Shown: in pieces, positions 1-8,440 of the stretch | Position numbering within the stretch: position 1 is the first letter of the stretch | How the letters are laid out: each line of letters opens with the position of its first letter | Assembly (NCBI GenBank): GCA_044892505.1 | Contig: CM097882.1 | Coordinates: 312,356,001-312,420,000 of the forward strand | Direction: 5' to 3' | DNA: 64,000 nucleotides | Origin: Schmidtea nova | Lineage: Eukaryota | Translations under genes and position numbers: made by a program | The notes under the pieces: model-generated | The model's input: the letters and a program-made list of their open reading frames with translations, nothing else | What the model was told of the DNA's origin: nothing | Database searches by the model: none

Positions 1-2
1 GT

Positions 3-398
3 TCCCTAGTACCGACATCAACTGAACGCGTTGATTTAATAATAACCAATAATGATAAAAAGACCATATTATTGGTAGACATGAAATGCCCAATCGATTC
101 GGTGCCCAACTTTGATTTGGCTGATAAAAAAAACATAGAAAAGTATGATAAACTAAAATCAGAAATTAAAATAGCCAAACCCGATTATAAAGTTGAGTTG
201 TTTACCTGCATCATAGGCTCATTAGGATCCATTGAAATTAAAACACCTGATCTTTTAGTAAAAATGGGAGTAAAAGAAAATAAAGTAAAACGTCTGATGA
301 AAGAGTGTGCAATTAGCAATATTGCGCACTCGGCCAAAATTTGGTACTTTCATACCAATGGCTTTCTTCCAGATAATATAAGACAAACTTGTAAATAA
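3..398 (+). CDS. ORF2 C-terminus (restriction-like endonuclease), cut by the window start
   Basis: Same as the C-terminus of the 1536-aa ORF2 (ERVDLIIT..VDMKCP..KKNIEKY). Confidence 0.92.
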   Translation, partial: SLVPTSTERVDLIITNNDKKTILLVDMKCPIDSVPNFDLADKKNIEKYDKLKSEIKIAKPDYKVELFTCIIGSLGSIEIKTPDLLVKMGVKENKVKRLMKECAISNIAHSAKIWYFHTNGFLPDNIRQTCK

Positions 399-752
399 AT
401 AATTATATATATATATAAATATTTGCTTTTTAAACTCTGTAAATAAAATTTAAGGTAAATATTTTGTAAAGTAATTTTTGTATTAAATATCCAATCTTTT
501 TAATCTGATAAATTGTCTTTGAGAGTTATTAAATTGGGAGACCAAGTATTCTGCGACGTATGTCACTTATTCTAGAATTATCAACTTCAAAAGAATACAG
601 TCGCAAAGCTGGATGACGAAATCCAAAGAACCAGAAACTTCCATTCAGATTGAACAATTATATTTTGACTGTGATTGTTTAGGGACTAATCCATGTTGAT
701 TAGATAATCTGTAAAAAAATATGTCAAACTTGTTATATTTAATAAATGTTTA
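399..752 (+). other. Element 3' UTR (~354 nt), short (TA)n tract, AATAAA at 741-746, no poly(A) tail
   Basis: Near-identical in all 8 copies between the ORF2 TAA and the tRNA junction. Confidence 0.85.
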
Positions 753-807
753 TTATCACGTCTGCCTAACACGCAGAAGGTCCCCGGTTCGATCCCGGGT
801 CGAACCA
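753..807 (+). pseudogene. tRNA-Val(AAC) 3' fragment (nt 19-73), disrupted by insertion
   Basis: Exact match to tRNA nt 19-73; nt 1-18 replaced by the element 3' end. Confidence 0.93.
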
Positions 808-987
808 AATTTTTCTCAATTCATTATTTGACTTTTATTATATTTGCAACTCTTTTTTTAATTCATAACGCAATTTTGTTGTTGAATTCTCTACTTTGTA
901 CATAAATTTTATTCAAGTGAATTCAGTACATTTTGTCAAGGTAATTCGAAAATCAAACATGCACAACAATTGTTAGTTGAAACTGTC

Positions 988-1060
988 GGTTCGATGGTGT
1001 AGCGGTTATCACGTCTGCCTAACACGCAGAAGGTCCCCGGTTCGATCCCGGGTCGAACCA
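988..1060 (+). tRNA. tRNA-Val(AAC)
   Basis: Cloverleaf: acceptor GGTTCGA/TCGAACC, D stem GTG/CAC, anticodon stem TCTGC/GCAGA with loop CTAACAC, T stem CCCGG/CCGGG with loop TTCGATC; A box TGGTGTAGCGG, B box GGTTCGATCCC. Confidence 0.96.
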
Positions 1061-1062
1061 AA

Positions 1063-1067
1063 TTTTT
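1063..1067 (+). terminator. Pol III T5 terminator (repeated after every tRNA unit; a T7 run follows ~40 nt later)
   Basis: AATTTTT directly after the discriminator base. Confidence 0.8.
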
Positions 1068-1189
1068 CTCAATTCATTATTTGACTTTTATTATATTTGC
1101 AACTCTTTTTTTAATTCATAACGCAATTTTGTTGTTGAATTCTCTACTTTGTACATAAATTTTATTCAAGTGAATTCTTTCAAGGTTCG

Positions 1190-3823
1190 ATGACTCAATC
1201 ACCTGCTGCTCAGTCAACTGCTGCTGATGTAATGACTCAGTCTATTGCAAATCAGTCAACTGTGACGAAGCAATATGAATTAGAAAACATTCTCAAATAT
1301 CAAATTTCCAGTTTGCAATGTTTTCAATCGATTTTGGATTATTTTTCTCAACTAAATGGTGGAAATCTCGCTACTGCCTCAGTTCTATCTGATGCGAATG
1401 CAAGTCAACGGAGTTCTTTCGATCAAGGATCTAAAGTTTCTCCAAACCAATCTGATAATATGCCACTTTCTTATGCTGATATTGAGACTAAATTCACTAA
1501 ATCAAAGGATTTACTTATTGTCAAGCGCCTGGATTCATTGGAGTCTCAATTTATGAATATGGCTGAAAAGTTAGATTATTTGGTTTCTTTGTTTAATGGC
1601 TCTGTTGATGATTTATCAGATTTTCCTAAAGTAAATGAAAATAATTTAAATAATAATCCTTTCAATAAAAATAAAGTTTTTGATATCAAAGATAAATTAA
1701 TTGTAAATAATGTAGTTTTAGATAAATCAAATATTTCAGAATTTATTGAAAATAATATTGCTAAAATTCCTAATAGTTTAATTGATGTAAATAATAAAAT
1801 GTGTAATTCAAATAATAAATTTCTAAATAACCCTAATAAAGAGAATGTTAAACATTTTAATAATCCCAAAGATACATCTTCAATTGATTTGACTAACGAT
1901 AAAATTATGCCAAATGAAAACATAGAAATAATTATTAAAAATAATAAAAAATCTGTTAAAATTATAGAACTTTATAAAACAACTAAACAGAAGTATGATA
2001 AATTTGAATTTAAAAGTCTGGTTCGTATTTTAACGAAAAGGGAACGCCAGAAAATCTTGAATGCCTTCCCTGCTTTAATACAACTAATTAAAAAGAAAGA
2101 ATCACAGAGTAAATATTTTGAAATTAATAAATTTCTTTCGAGCAAAGATTTTAATGTGAATCACTTGAATTTAATTAATTTTGATTATTTTTTCTATAGA
2201 AATTGTAATCTTTGTGTATCTTTAAAATTGAACAACGCTCCTGTCATTTCATCAGCACCAAAACCTGTTGTTTTAAAAACTATTAAATTAATTGACCATA
2301 ATATCGTCAAAATAAATTCTGAAATCCCTGACTTTGTTCGAGCTCCAATGTCAATTCGAAGATTTTTATTCAATCTTTCGCACGATCTTTCAAACACTGT
2401 TTCCATCAAGGATGAGAAACACAGGGGAAATAAAATAAATAACATTCTTACTTCAATGAAACATAAACAACAATTACCAGATTATTTAATAAAATCAAAC
2501 ATTAAATACGAAAATGGTGAGTTCTTATTATTAGATTTGACTAACGATAAAATCAAATTGAACGACGATAATAACTTGATAAAATCAAATTTTTCTGAAC
2601 TTACTAGAAGTCAGATTAAAAATCTTTACCATTCTTATCCTTCTCTTAAGGAAGTTTGTTTCGTTGAAAATCTTGAAACAAGATCATCATCCGTTAGTAA
2701 AATTATCGAATCTTTAAAGTTAATTAATGAATTTCCAAAAAATATCATTTTTAAAGAGGGTAAATTTTATCAGTCTGATAAAAGAACAATCTCACCTAGT
2801 AGTTCTCCTGACATAATGTTCAACCTTGGTCTTTTTAATTTAGCTAGTATGAGTAGAAAAGATTGTGAATTAAAATCCATTTTAGAGAAGACTGGTTGTG
2901 ACTTTAAAATAGTTGAAATAATATTCTACCTCAACTATTTAGGCTTGACTCAATCTTTAGAATTTTGCAAAAATCAAACTTATTCTGATTATGTGAGGAA
3001 TTACGTCTGCAATTGCTGCTTGATAAACTCACTCTGTAGTATTGCTGATGTTGATTCGCTTTCATCTGAAGATTTTGAGGGTTGGGCGACCGAAATTGTT
3101 CAGAAAATCCCAGTTTCTTCCTATTACTTCAATAGCTGCCAGGAAAAGCTTTTAAAGCTGAAGCAATGGGACATTTCAACTAAAATCAAAAGAATCCATA
3201 ACGTTATTTCACCTGAAATAATATCTTATTTAAATAACTTTCTTGACTCTGTAGACGTAAAATTTCCATCTAAGTCTCAACAACATAATATTCTAATTAA
3301 ATTAATGAAAGCTATCAATGACATTAAAATTTTTGATGACATACACGGAAATAAAGCAAAAAGACTTGTTTACTTTTTGCTAAGAGATGCCAAGAAATAT
3401 TTGAATAAAAATCAACGATTCAGATTATTTGAATCGAGCAATAAATATTGCACTTTAGAGATGGAGAATATAATTTCAGTAATAATTGAGAACCTTACCA
3501 AAGTTACTGACCATGAAGTTACTACTCCTGAAATCACAGTTGAAGAAACGCCAATTGAAATAACTTGTGATCCTGAACCTATCGTCTTGATTAAGGAAAT
3601 AAACTGTTTAAAATGCAACAATATCATCGAAAAATGCATTCTTGTTAGAGATGGAACAAACGTCAACATCTGTGAAAGCTGTCTATTTGACGCAATTACC
3701 TTTGAAAAGCCGATTCCTGAAGCTACTAATTCGGATATCGAAGAAAATATAGAAACAAATTGTAAGAAATCTTGTCCAAGACCTAGAAAAACAGACAAGA
3801 AAACATCAACCAAAGCAAAATGA
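1190..3823 (+). CDS. ORF1 protein (877 aa), putative nucleic-acid-binding/structural protein with C-terminal CxxC..CxxC zinc finger
   Basis: Long ORF open in all 8 copies; CLKC..CESC motif, basic tail, possible coiled coil (KRLDSLESQFMNMAEKLDYL). Confidence 0.88.
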   Translation: MTQSPAAQSTAADVMTQSIANQSTVTKQYELENILKYQISSLQCFQSILDYFSQLNGGNLATASVLSDANASQRSSFDQGSKVSPNQSDNMPLSYADIETKFTKSKDLLIVKRLDSLESQFMNMAEKLDYLVSLFNGSVDDLSDFPKVNENNLNNNPFNKNKVFDIKDKLIVNNVVLDKSNISEFIENNIAKIPNSLIDVNNKMCNSNNKFLNNPNKENVKHFNNPKDTSSIDLTNDKIMPNENIEIIIKNNKKSVKIIELYKTTKQKYDKFEFKSLVRILTKRERQKILNAFPALIQLIKKKESQSKYFEINKFLSSKDFNVNHLNLINFDYFFYRNCNLCVSLKLNNAPVISSAPKPVVLKTIKLIDHNIVKINSEIPDFVRAPMSIRRFLFNLSHDLSNTVSIKDEKHRGNKINNILTSMKHKQQLPDYLIKSNIKYENGEFLLLDLTNDKIKLNDDNNLIKSNFSELTRSQIKNLYHSYPSLKEVCFVENLETRSSSVSKIIESLKLINEFPKNIIFKEGKFYQSDKRTISPSSSPDIMFNLGLFNLASMSRKDCELKSILEKTGCDFKIVEIIFYLNYLGLTQSLEFCKNQTYSDYVRNYVCNCCLINSLCSIADVDSLSSEDFEGWATEIVQKIPVSSYYFNSCQEKLLKLKQWDISTKIKRIHNVISPEIISYLNNFLDSVDVKFPSKSQQHNILIKLMKAINDIKIFDDIHGNKAKRLVYFLLRDAKKYLNKNQRFRLFESSNKYCTLEMENIISVIIENLTKVTDHEVTTPEITVEETPIEITCDPEPIVLIKEINCLKCNNIIEKCILVRDGTNVNICESCLFDAITFEKPIPEATNSDIEENIETNCKKSCPRPRKTDKKTSTKAK

Positions 3824-3889
3824 AGATGTGTGCCTGCATCAGCTCAATCGTCTGCCATTCCCTCTAATGAGACTGATGCAGAGAGCACA
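3821..3889 (+). promoter_or_regulatory. Putative stop-codon readthrough signal: in-frame UGA + downstream stem-loop
   Basis: TGTGC-CTGCATCAG-CTCA (3829-3846) pairs with TGAG-a-CTGATGCAG-aga-GCACA (3868-3889); same in all 8 copies. Confidence 0.6.
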
Positions 3890-6800
3890 ACTAAAAATAA
3901 TATTTCAACTATCGACAATCGTGATCCTGAAGTGTGGTTTTCTGATAATGATATTGATTGGTATCTTGAAAACCACATTGATAATCCAATGCATGGATAT
4001 ATTAAATGCTTTATAGTAAATATCATCTGTTCTAACATCACAGAAGATATTGTTGAAATTCCACCATCTATTAGCAATGCTGAAATTGTATTTTGTCCAC
4101 TCAACATTAACAATTCGCACTGGATTCTTTTTGTTTATAGTAAGAAAATGTTATCTTCTTACTTTATTGACCCAATCCTTGCAAACAGACAAAAGCCAAT
4201 CAATAAACAAATGGCTCAGAGAATTAATCTAAAACTGAATAGATTTTTTAATCTAAATATATCTGTGTCCCGACATCCACACAAACATCTTGAATATCAA
4301 AATAACAGCTTTGATTGTGGCCCATTTACGTGTGCTTATGCTGTGATTATCAGTAAAGATTTGAACAGCTTTCCAAATGGGTTCATAGAGAAAATTCGTA
4401 CCAGTGTGCATGAAAATCAAAATCGTATGCAAATAACCGAATCCACCTTATTCGCTGGTACTAACTCCAAGATGGACATGACCAAAATAAATATCAAGAA
4501 AGCCCTTGCAAAAAAGAAAGTCATCACCAACACCTCAGATATGACCAAAGTATTGAACACTCAAAAACCGTGTGTGTCATCAATAATTAGTAAATATTAC
4601 GAAAGTAATTCTAAAATAACAGTCTTATCTGCCGAACTAACTTTAAACCTAATTGCACAAAATACCTCCTTCATAGCTGATAATGTCACTTTCAAGCAGT
4701 TCAAAGGAATCGATCATGTTATAAGTATCATTCCTAAATTTAACGATTGGTGTCTCTTTGTCTATTCGAATAAACTTGACAGGAGCTACATGTTCGACTT
4801 CAATTATCGAAACATTGATGAAAGGCTAATTGAAATTGGTGAAAAGATAACTGAATATCTGAATCAATTCACTCTTGTTTCTAAAATAAAATTCACACCT
4901 CATCATAGAATTTCTCATCCAACATTTCATTCTTACGATGATCAATATTTTGCAAGTTCTTTTATTGTATTTTTTGAGAAACTTGTCTTTGAAAGAATAC
5001 TGGACAATGATAAGGTTTATGACTCATTAAGTGCTCTAAAATATCAGTCTTGTAAAGATCTTTCTCCTAGCTTAAGTTTCATTAATGGTAAAATATCCGA
5101 CAAAATTATTGAGGAATATTTTGCTAGCCTAAACTTATCGACCAAATATATTCTTCTAAACACAACAATGTGTACTGCGCTTTCAGATGATTGCACTGAA
5201 TACTTGAAAGACTTTGTAAACATTGAGTGCATGATGAAGGCTACTATAATCTTTGTAATCATTTCTCCTCCAAGAGCCAACGACTTGCTCATGGTTATTG
5301 ATTACGACGCTGATGAGCACTATTTATTAAGCCCAGTCACTAATGACTTGTTCGTTATGACTGAAGGATTCTGCTATAAATTACTAATTAAAATTAATGA
5401 GATTAGAGAGAGCACAGGTCGTTCCTTGAAATCGCGTAATTGTCGACATGACGTTAAAGGTTCTGGCTTATTTAGTAGGTTATTAATCTGTGCCTTTATT
5501 AAATATTATGCATTTGACCGATCTCTAGAAAATATCAATCTTCATGAAATTGGCAAAATTATCTACTCACTTGTGCCATTAGTTGATAAAAATGATAATG
5601 CTGAGGAAGAAAGACGACTAAAATCAAAAGCTGTAAACTCTTTAAAACTAAATTTAAAACAGCGAATAGAAAAAGCCAATAATCTTATAATTTCACTTGA
5701 ACACGCCAGTATTGATGAAATCATAAGTGGCATTCTTTCAAATATTCCTCGTCTTAAAGATTTGAACACCGATCACATTCGTACACCATATTTAGGTACT
5801 AAAGTAGAAAAAGCTAGAAAATTCAAAAATTCCACTGAATTTCTGTCAAACATGAAAAAGACTGTGTATAGGATTTTGGGTAACAACACAGAATCAATTG
5901 CACCTCCTTTTCAGGAAATTATTGACACTTTCAGTCATCCTGATACATTACCTAGAAATTGGGAAAACATCTTTAAATTCACTAAGAGTTCTAAATTTAG
6001 TCTTGAATTAAATCCAATGACACCTAAAGAAATCCTTTCAAGTCTTTGCAAAGCTGACAACACTTCTCCAGGTCTTGATAATGTTTGTTATAAAGATCTT
6101 TTGCTATTAGACCCTGAATGTAAATTGCTAGCTTTTCTGTACAATAAAATCCTAAAATTAGACATTATTCCTACAAGTTGGAAATCATTTAAAACCATAC
6201 TAATCCCTAAACCAGATAAAAATGGCCAATATCATAAAATATATTCTTGGCGACCAATTGCCTTATTATCTGTCATTTACAAAGTCTTCGCTTCAGTTTT
6301 GGCAAATCGTCTAAGCTTATGGATAAGAAATAATTCCATGTTACACATTGGCCAAAAGGGTGGTTCGGAGTACGAAGGATGTATTGAACACAACTCTATT
6401 CTTTCTGCTATCGTCGAACATTCAAAATACAGCAAGTCTTCACCTTTAACAATAGCTTGGCTAGACATCAAAGATGCCTTCGGAAGTGTTCCACATGACT
6501 ACATGTGGACACTGTTAAAACACATAAATGTTAGTGATAGGTTTGTAGGAATTTTAAAACTGCTCTATACTGATACAAGCTCGTTTTATTGTTGCAATAA
6601 AATGCAGACACCGGATATTCCAATAAAGAAAGGAGTTAAACAAGGTTGTCCGATCTCAATGATATTGTTTGCAATAGCTATTAACCCAGTACTTGAGTCT
6701 ATTAATCTATCAAACGTTAATCCTTTTACGATTGGAACATCTCCGGTACAGGTGTTGGCTTATGCGGATGATATCGCACTTATCGCGACAAATACCTCTG

Positions 6801-8440
6801 ATCTGCAAATACTCATAAACGTTGCTGTAAACACCGCTAAAACAATTGGATTTGAATATCGTCCAGAAAAGTGCGCTTATATGCAATACCCTAAAATAGA
6901 AACTGTAAGCGAGATTTCTGTCAACAATGTTCTTATAAAAAAGATTGCAACAAATGAATTTTACCAATACTTGGGAGTACCAATAGGTGACAATAATGAC
7001 CAAAGTCCCTATGAAATTCTAAGCAAAGTAATTGAAGACACAAAGAAAATAGCAAATTCTGATCTTTACGGCTGGCAAAAACTTAAAGCGTATAAGGTCT
7101 TTCTGCATTCTCGCTTGATTTTTCCATTTAGAACTAGGGAAATCAAAACAAGTTCTTTAGCTGATTCGAGTAAAAATTCAAAATTAAATGTAAATAATAC
7201 GAGTATTTTGAGGAGTCATCTTAGAAAAATATTGCACTTGCCACACTACTCTGAGATTAGCTATTTTTATAATTCTACTGAAAACGGCGGTGCAGGCTGC
7301 ATAGACTTACTTGACGAGTATCATACACAGACAATCGTGTACTTTTTCCGCTTGTTAACATCAACGTGCGAATATTCGAAAAAGATAAATACTGACTCGC
7401 TTTTATTTGTCACAAGTCCGAGACTCGGAATCAAAAATCCAGTTCTTAAACAAAGTTTAGAATGGATAAATGGAAAAGAGAGCAAGAAAAACAACAGTGG
7501 TTGCAAAACTCGATTTTATCGGTTGCGATCATCCATTGCTTACTTTTCTAAAGTTCACAACATTAAATTGTTATTTGAAACAGTGAAAGGGAATCCTTCT
7601 ATCCGTATAACCACTACACTTAAGGGAACACGTATATTATTACCAACATTAAGAAAAGCATTGTCAATGATTTTACATTCAGCTCTCCAGGATTCGTATC
7701 TCGAGAAATGGGAGAATAGCAACCATAATAATCTGCTTGTATCTGCGATTAAACTCTGTCCACTTGTCAACAAGCTTATTTTCCGCAGTGATTTGACAGA
7801 ATTTGAATGGAGATTCGTCCATCGAGCAAGAACGAATACATTATCAATATTTGCGAAGCCATATAAAACTGGCGAAAATCGTCTTTGTCGTAGATGTAAG
7901 CTTGAAGACGAGACTTTATCACACGTTCTTCAAACTTGTAAAATGAACAAATCTTTGGCAACTAGTCGACATAACGCTTGCTTAGAAAAAATAAAAAGCG
8001 AGTTGAAAGATCCAAACTTGTTAGTTGTTGCGGATCATAAATGTTCCCTAGTACCGACATCAACTGAACGCGTTGATTTAATAATAACCAATAATGATAA
8101 AAAGACCATATTATTGGTAGACATGAAATGCCCAATCGATTCGGTGCCCAACTTTGACTTGGCTGATAAAAAAAACATAGAAAAGTATGATAAACTAAAA
8201 TCGGAAATTAAAATAGCCAAACCCGATTATAAAGTTGAGTTGTTTACCTGCATCATAGGCTCATTAGGATCCATTGAAATTAAAACACCTGATCTTTTAG
8301 TAAAAATGGGCGTAAAAGAAAATAAAGTAAAACGTCTGATGAAAGAGTGTGCAATTAGCAATATTGCGCACTCGGCCAAAATTTGGTACTTTCATACCAA
8401 TGGCTTTCTTCCAGATAATATAAGACAAACTTTTAAATAA
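3830..8440 (+). CDS. ORF2: Ulp1-like protease + reverse transcriptase + CCHC + restriction-like endonuclease (frame open from 3824; true start uncertain)
   Basis: SHW/FID/QNNSFDCG protease triad; WRPIALL, LDIKDAFGSV, GVKQGCPIS, YADD, YLGV RT motifs; CRRC..HVLQTC, RHN, VD..D-x-K, KxxKY. Confidence 0.95.
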   Translation: MPASAQSSAIPSNETDAESTTKNNISTIDNRDPEVWFSDNDIDWYLENHIDNPMHGYIKCFIVNIICSNITEDIVEIPPSISNAEIVFCPLNINNSHWILFVYSKKMLSSYFIDPILANRQKPINKQMAQRINLKLNRFFNLNISVSRHPHKHLEYQNNSFDCGPFTCAYAVIISKDLNSFPNGFIEKIRTSVHENQNRMQITESTLFAGTNSKMDMTKINIKKALAKKKVITNTSDMTKVLNTQKPCVSSIISKYYESNSKITVLSAELTLNLIAQNTSFIADNVTFKQFKGIDHVISIIPKFNDWCLFVYSNKLDRSYMFDFNYRNIDERLIEIGEKITEYLNQFTLVSKIKFTPHHRISHPTFHSYDDQYFASSFIVFFEKLVFERILDNDKVYDSLSALKYQSCKDLSPSLSFINGKISDKIIEEYFASLNLSTKYILLNTTMCTALSDDCTEYLKDFVNIECMMKATIIFVIISPPRANDLLMVIDYDADEHYLLSPVTNDLFVMTEGFCYKLLIKINEIRESTGRSLKSRNCRHDVKGSGLFSRLLICAFIKYYAFDRSLENINLHEIGKIIYSLVPLVDKNDNAEEERRLKSKAVNSLKLNLKQRIEKANNLIISLEHASIDEIISGILSNIPRLKDLNTDHIRTPYLGTKVEKARKFKNSTEFLSNMKKTVYRILGNNTESIAPPFQEIIDTFSHPDTLPRNWENIFKFTKSSKFSLELNPMTPKEILSSLCKADNTSPGLDNVCYKDLLLLDPECKLLAFLYNKILKLDIIPTSWKSFKTILIPKPDKNGQYHKIYSWRPIALLSVIYKVFASVLANRLSLWIRNNSMLHIGQKGGSEYEGCIEHNSILSAIVEHSKYSKSSPLTIAWLDIKDAFGSVPHDYMWTLLKHINVSDRFVGILKLLYTDTSSFYCCNKMQTPDIPIKKGVKQGCPISMILFAIAINPVLESINLSNVNPFTIGTSPVQVLAYADDIALIATNTSDLQILINVAVNTAKTIGFEYRPEKCAYMQYPKIETVSEISVNNVLIKKIATNEFYQYLGVPIGDNNDQSPYEILSKVIEDTKKIANSDLYGWQKLKAYKVFLHSRLIFPFRTREIKTSSLADSSKNSKLNVNNTSILRSHLRKILHLPHYSEISYFYNSTENGGAGCIDLLDEYHTQTIVYFFRLLTSTCEYSKKINTDSLLFVTSPRLGIKNPVLKQSLEWINGKESKKNNSGCKTRFYRLRSSIAYFSKVHNIKLLFETVKGNPSIRITTTLKGTRILLPTLRKALSMILHSALQDSYLEKWENSNHNNLLVSAIKLCPLVNKLIFRSDLTEFEWRFVHRARTNTLSIFAKPYKTGENRLCRRCKLEDETLSHVLQTCKMNKSLATSRHNACLEKIKSELKDPNLLVVADHKCSLVPTSTERVDLIITNNDKKTILLVDMKCPIDSVPNFDLADKKNIEKYDKLKSEIKIAKPDYKVELFTCIIGSLGSIEIKTPDLLVKMGVKENKVKRLMKECAISNIAHSAKIWYFHTNGFLPDNIRQTFK

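Larger units (their letters stand above)
1..752 (+). mobile_element. tRNA-Val-specific RLE non-LTR retrotransposon, copy 0 (3' end only)
   Basis: Endonuclease-coding tail and 3' UTR matching the full copies; ends at tRNA nt 19 (753). Confidence 0.93.
753..1177 (+). repeat. 253-bp tRNA-Val tandem array segment (1 fragment + 1 intact gene)
   Basis: tRNA ends at 807 and 1060 (period 253). Confidence 0.93.

Noticed and set aside
608-625. CTGGATGACGAAA resembling a hammerhead core (CUGAUGA..GAAA)
   Set aside because: Extra G in the core and no stems I/III with a UH site; better explained as a simple TGGAT/ATCCA hairpin
1058-1060. Apparent encoded CCA end (bacterial-type tRNA)
   Set aside because: CC are acceptor-stem nt 71-72 and A is the discriminator; the AAC anticodon and T-run terminator are eukaryotic
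3821-3823. UGA reassigned to Trp/Cys (alternative genetic code)
   Set aside because: Only one in-frame TGA in ~2400 AT-rich codons, with many TGG/TGY; reassignment would give many more
3820-3867. AUGA stop-start overlap at the ORF1 stop
   Set aside because: That ATG (and the one at 3826) is out of frame with ORF2 and gives only MKMCACISSIVCHSL*; it cannot make ORF2, although a regulatory role is not excluded
6000-7000. Group II intron, telomerase or LTR-type RT
   Set aside because: The C-terminal CCHC + RLE, absence of LTRs, integrase and RNase H, and the TSD/3' junction pattern all indicate an RLE non-LTR element
1576-8220. Many short minus-strand and nested ORFs recurring in each copy
   Set aside because: Shadows of the long plus-strand ORFs; they recur only because the copies are near-identical and lack recognisable motifs
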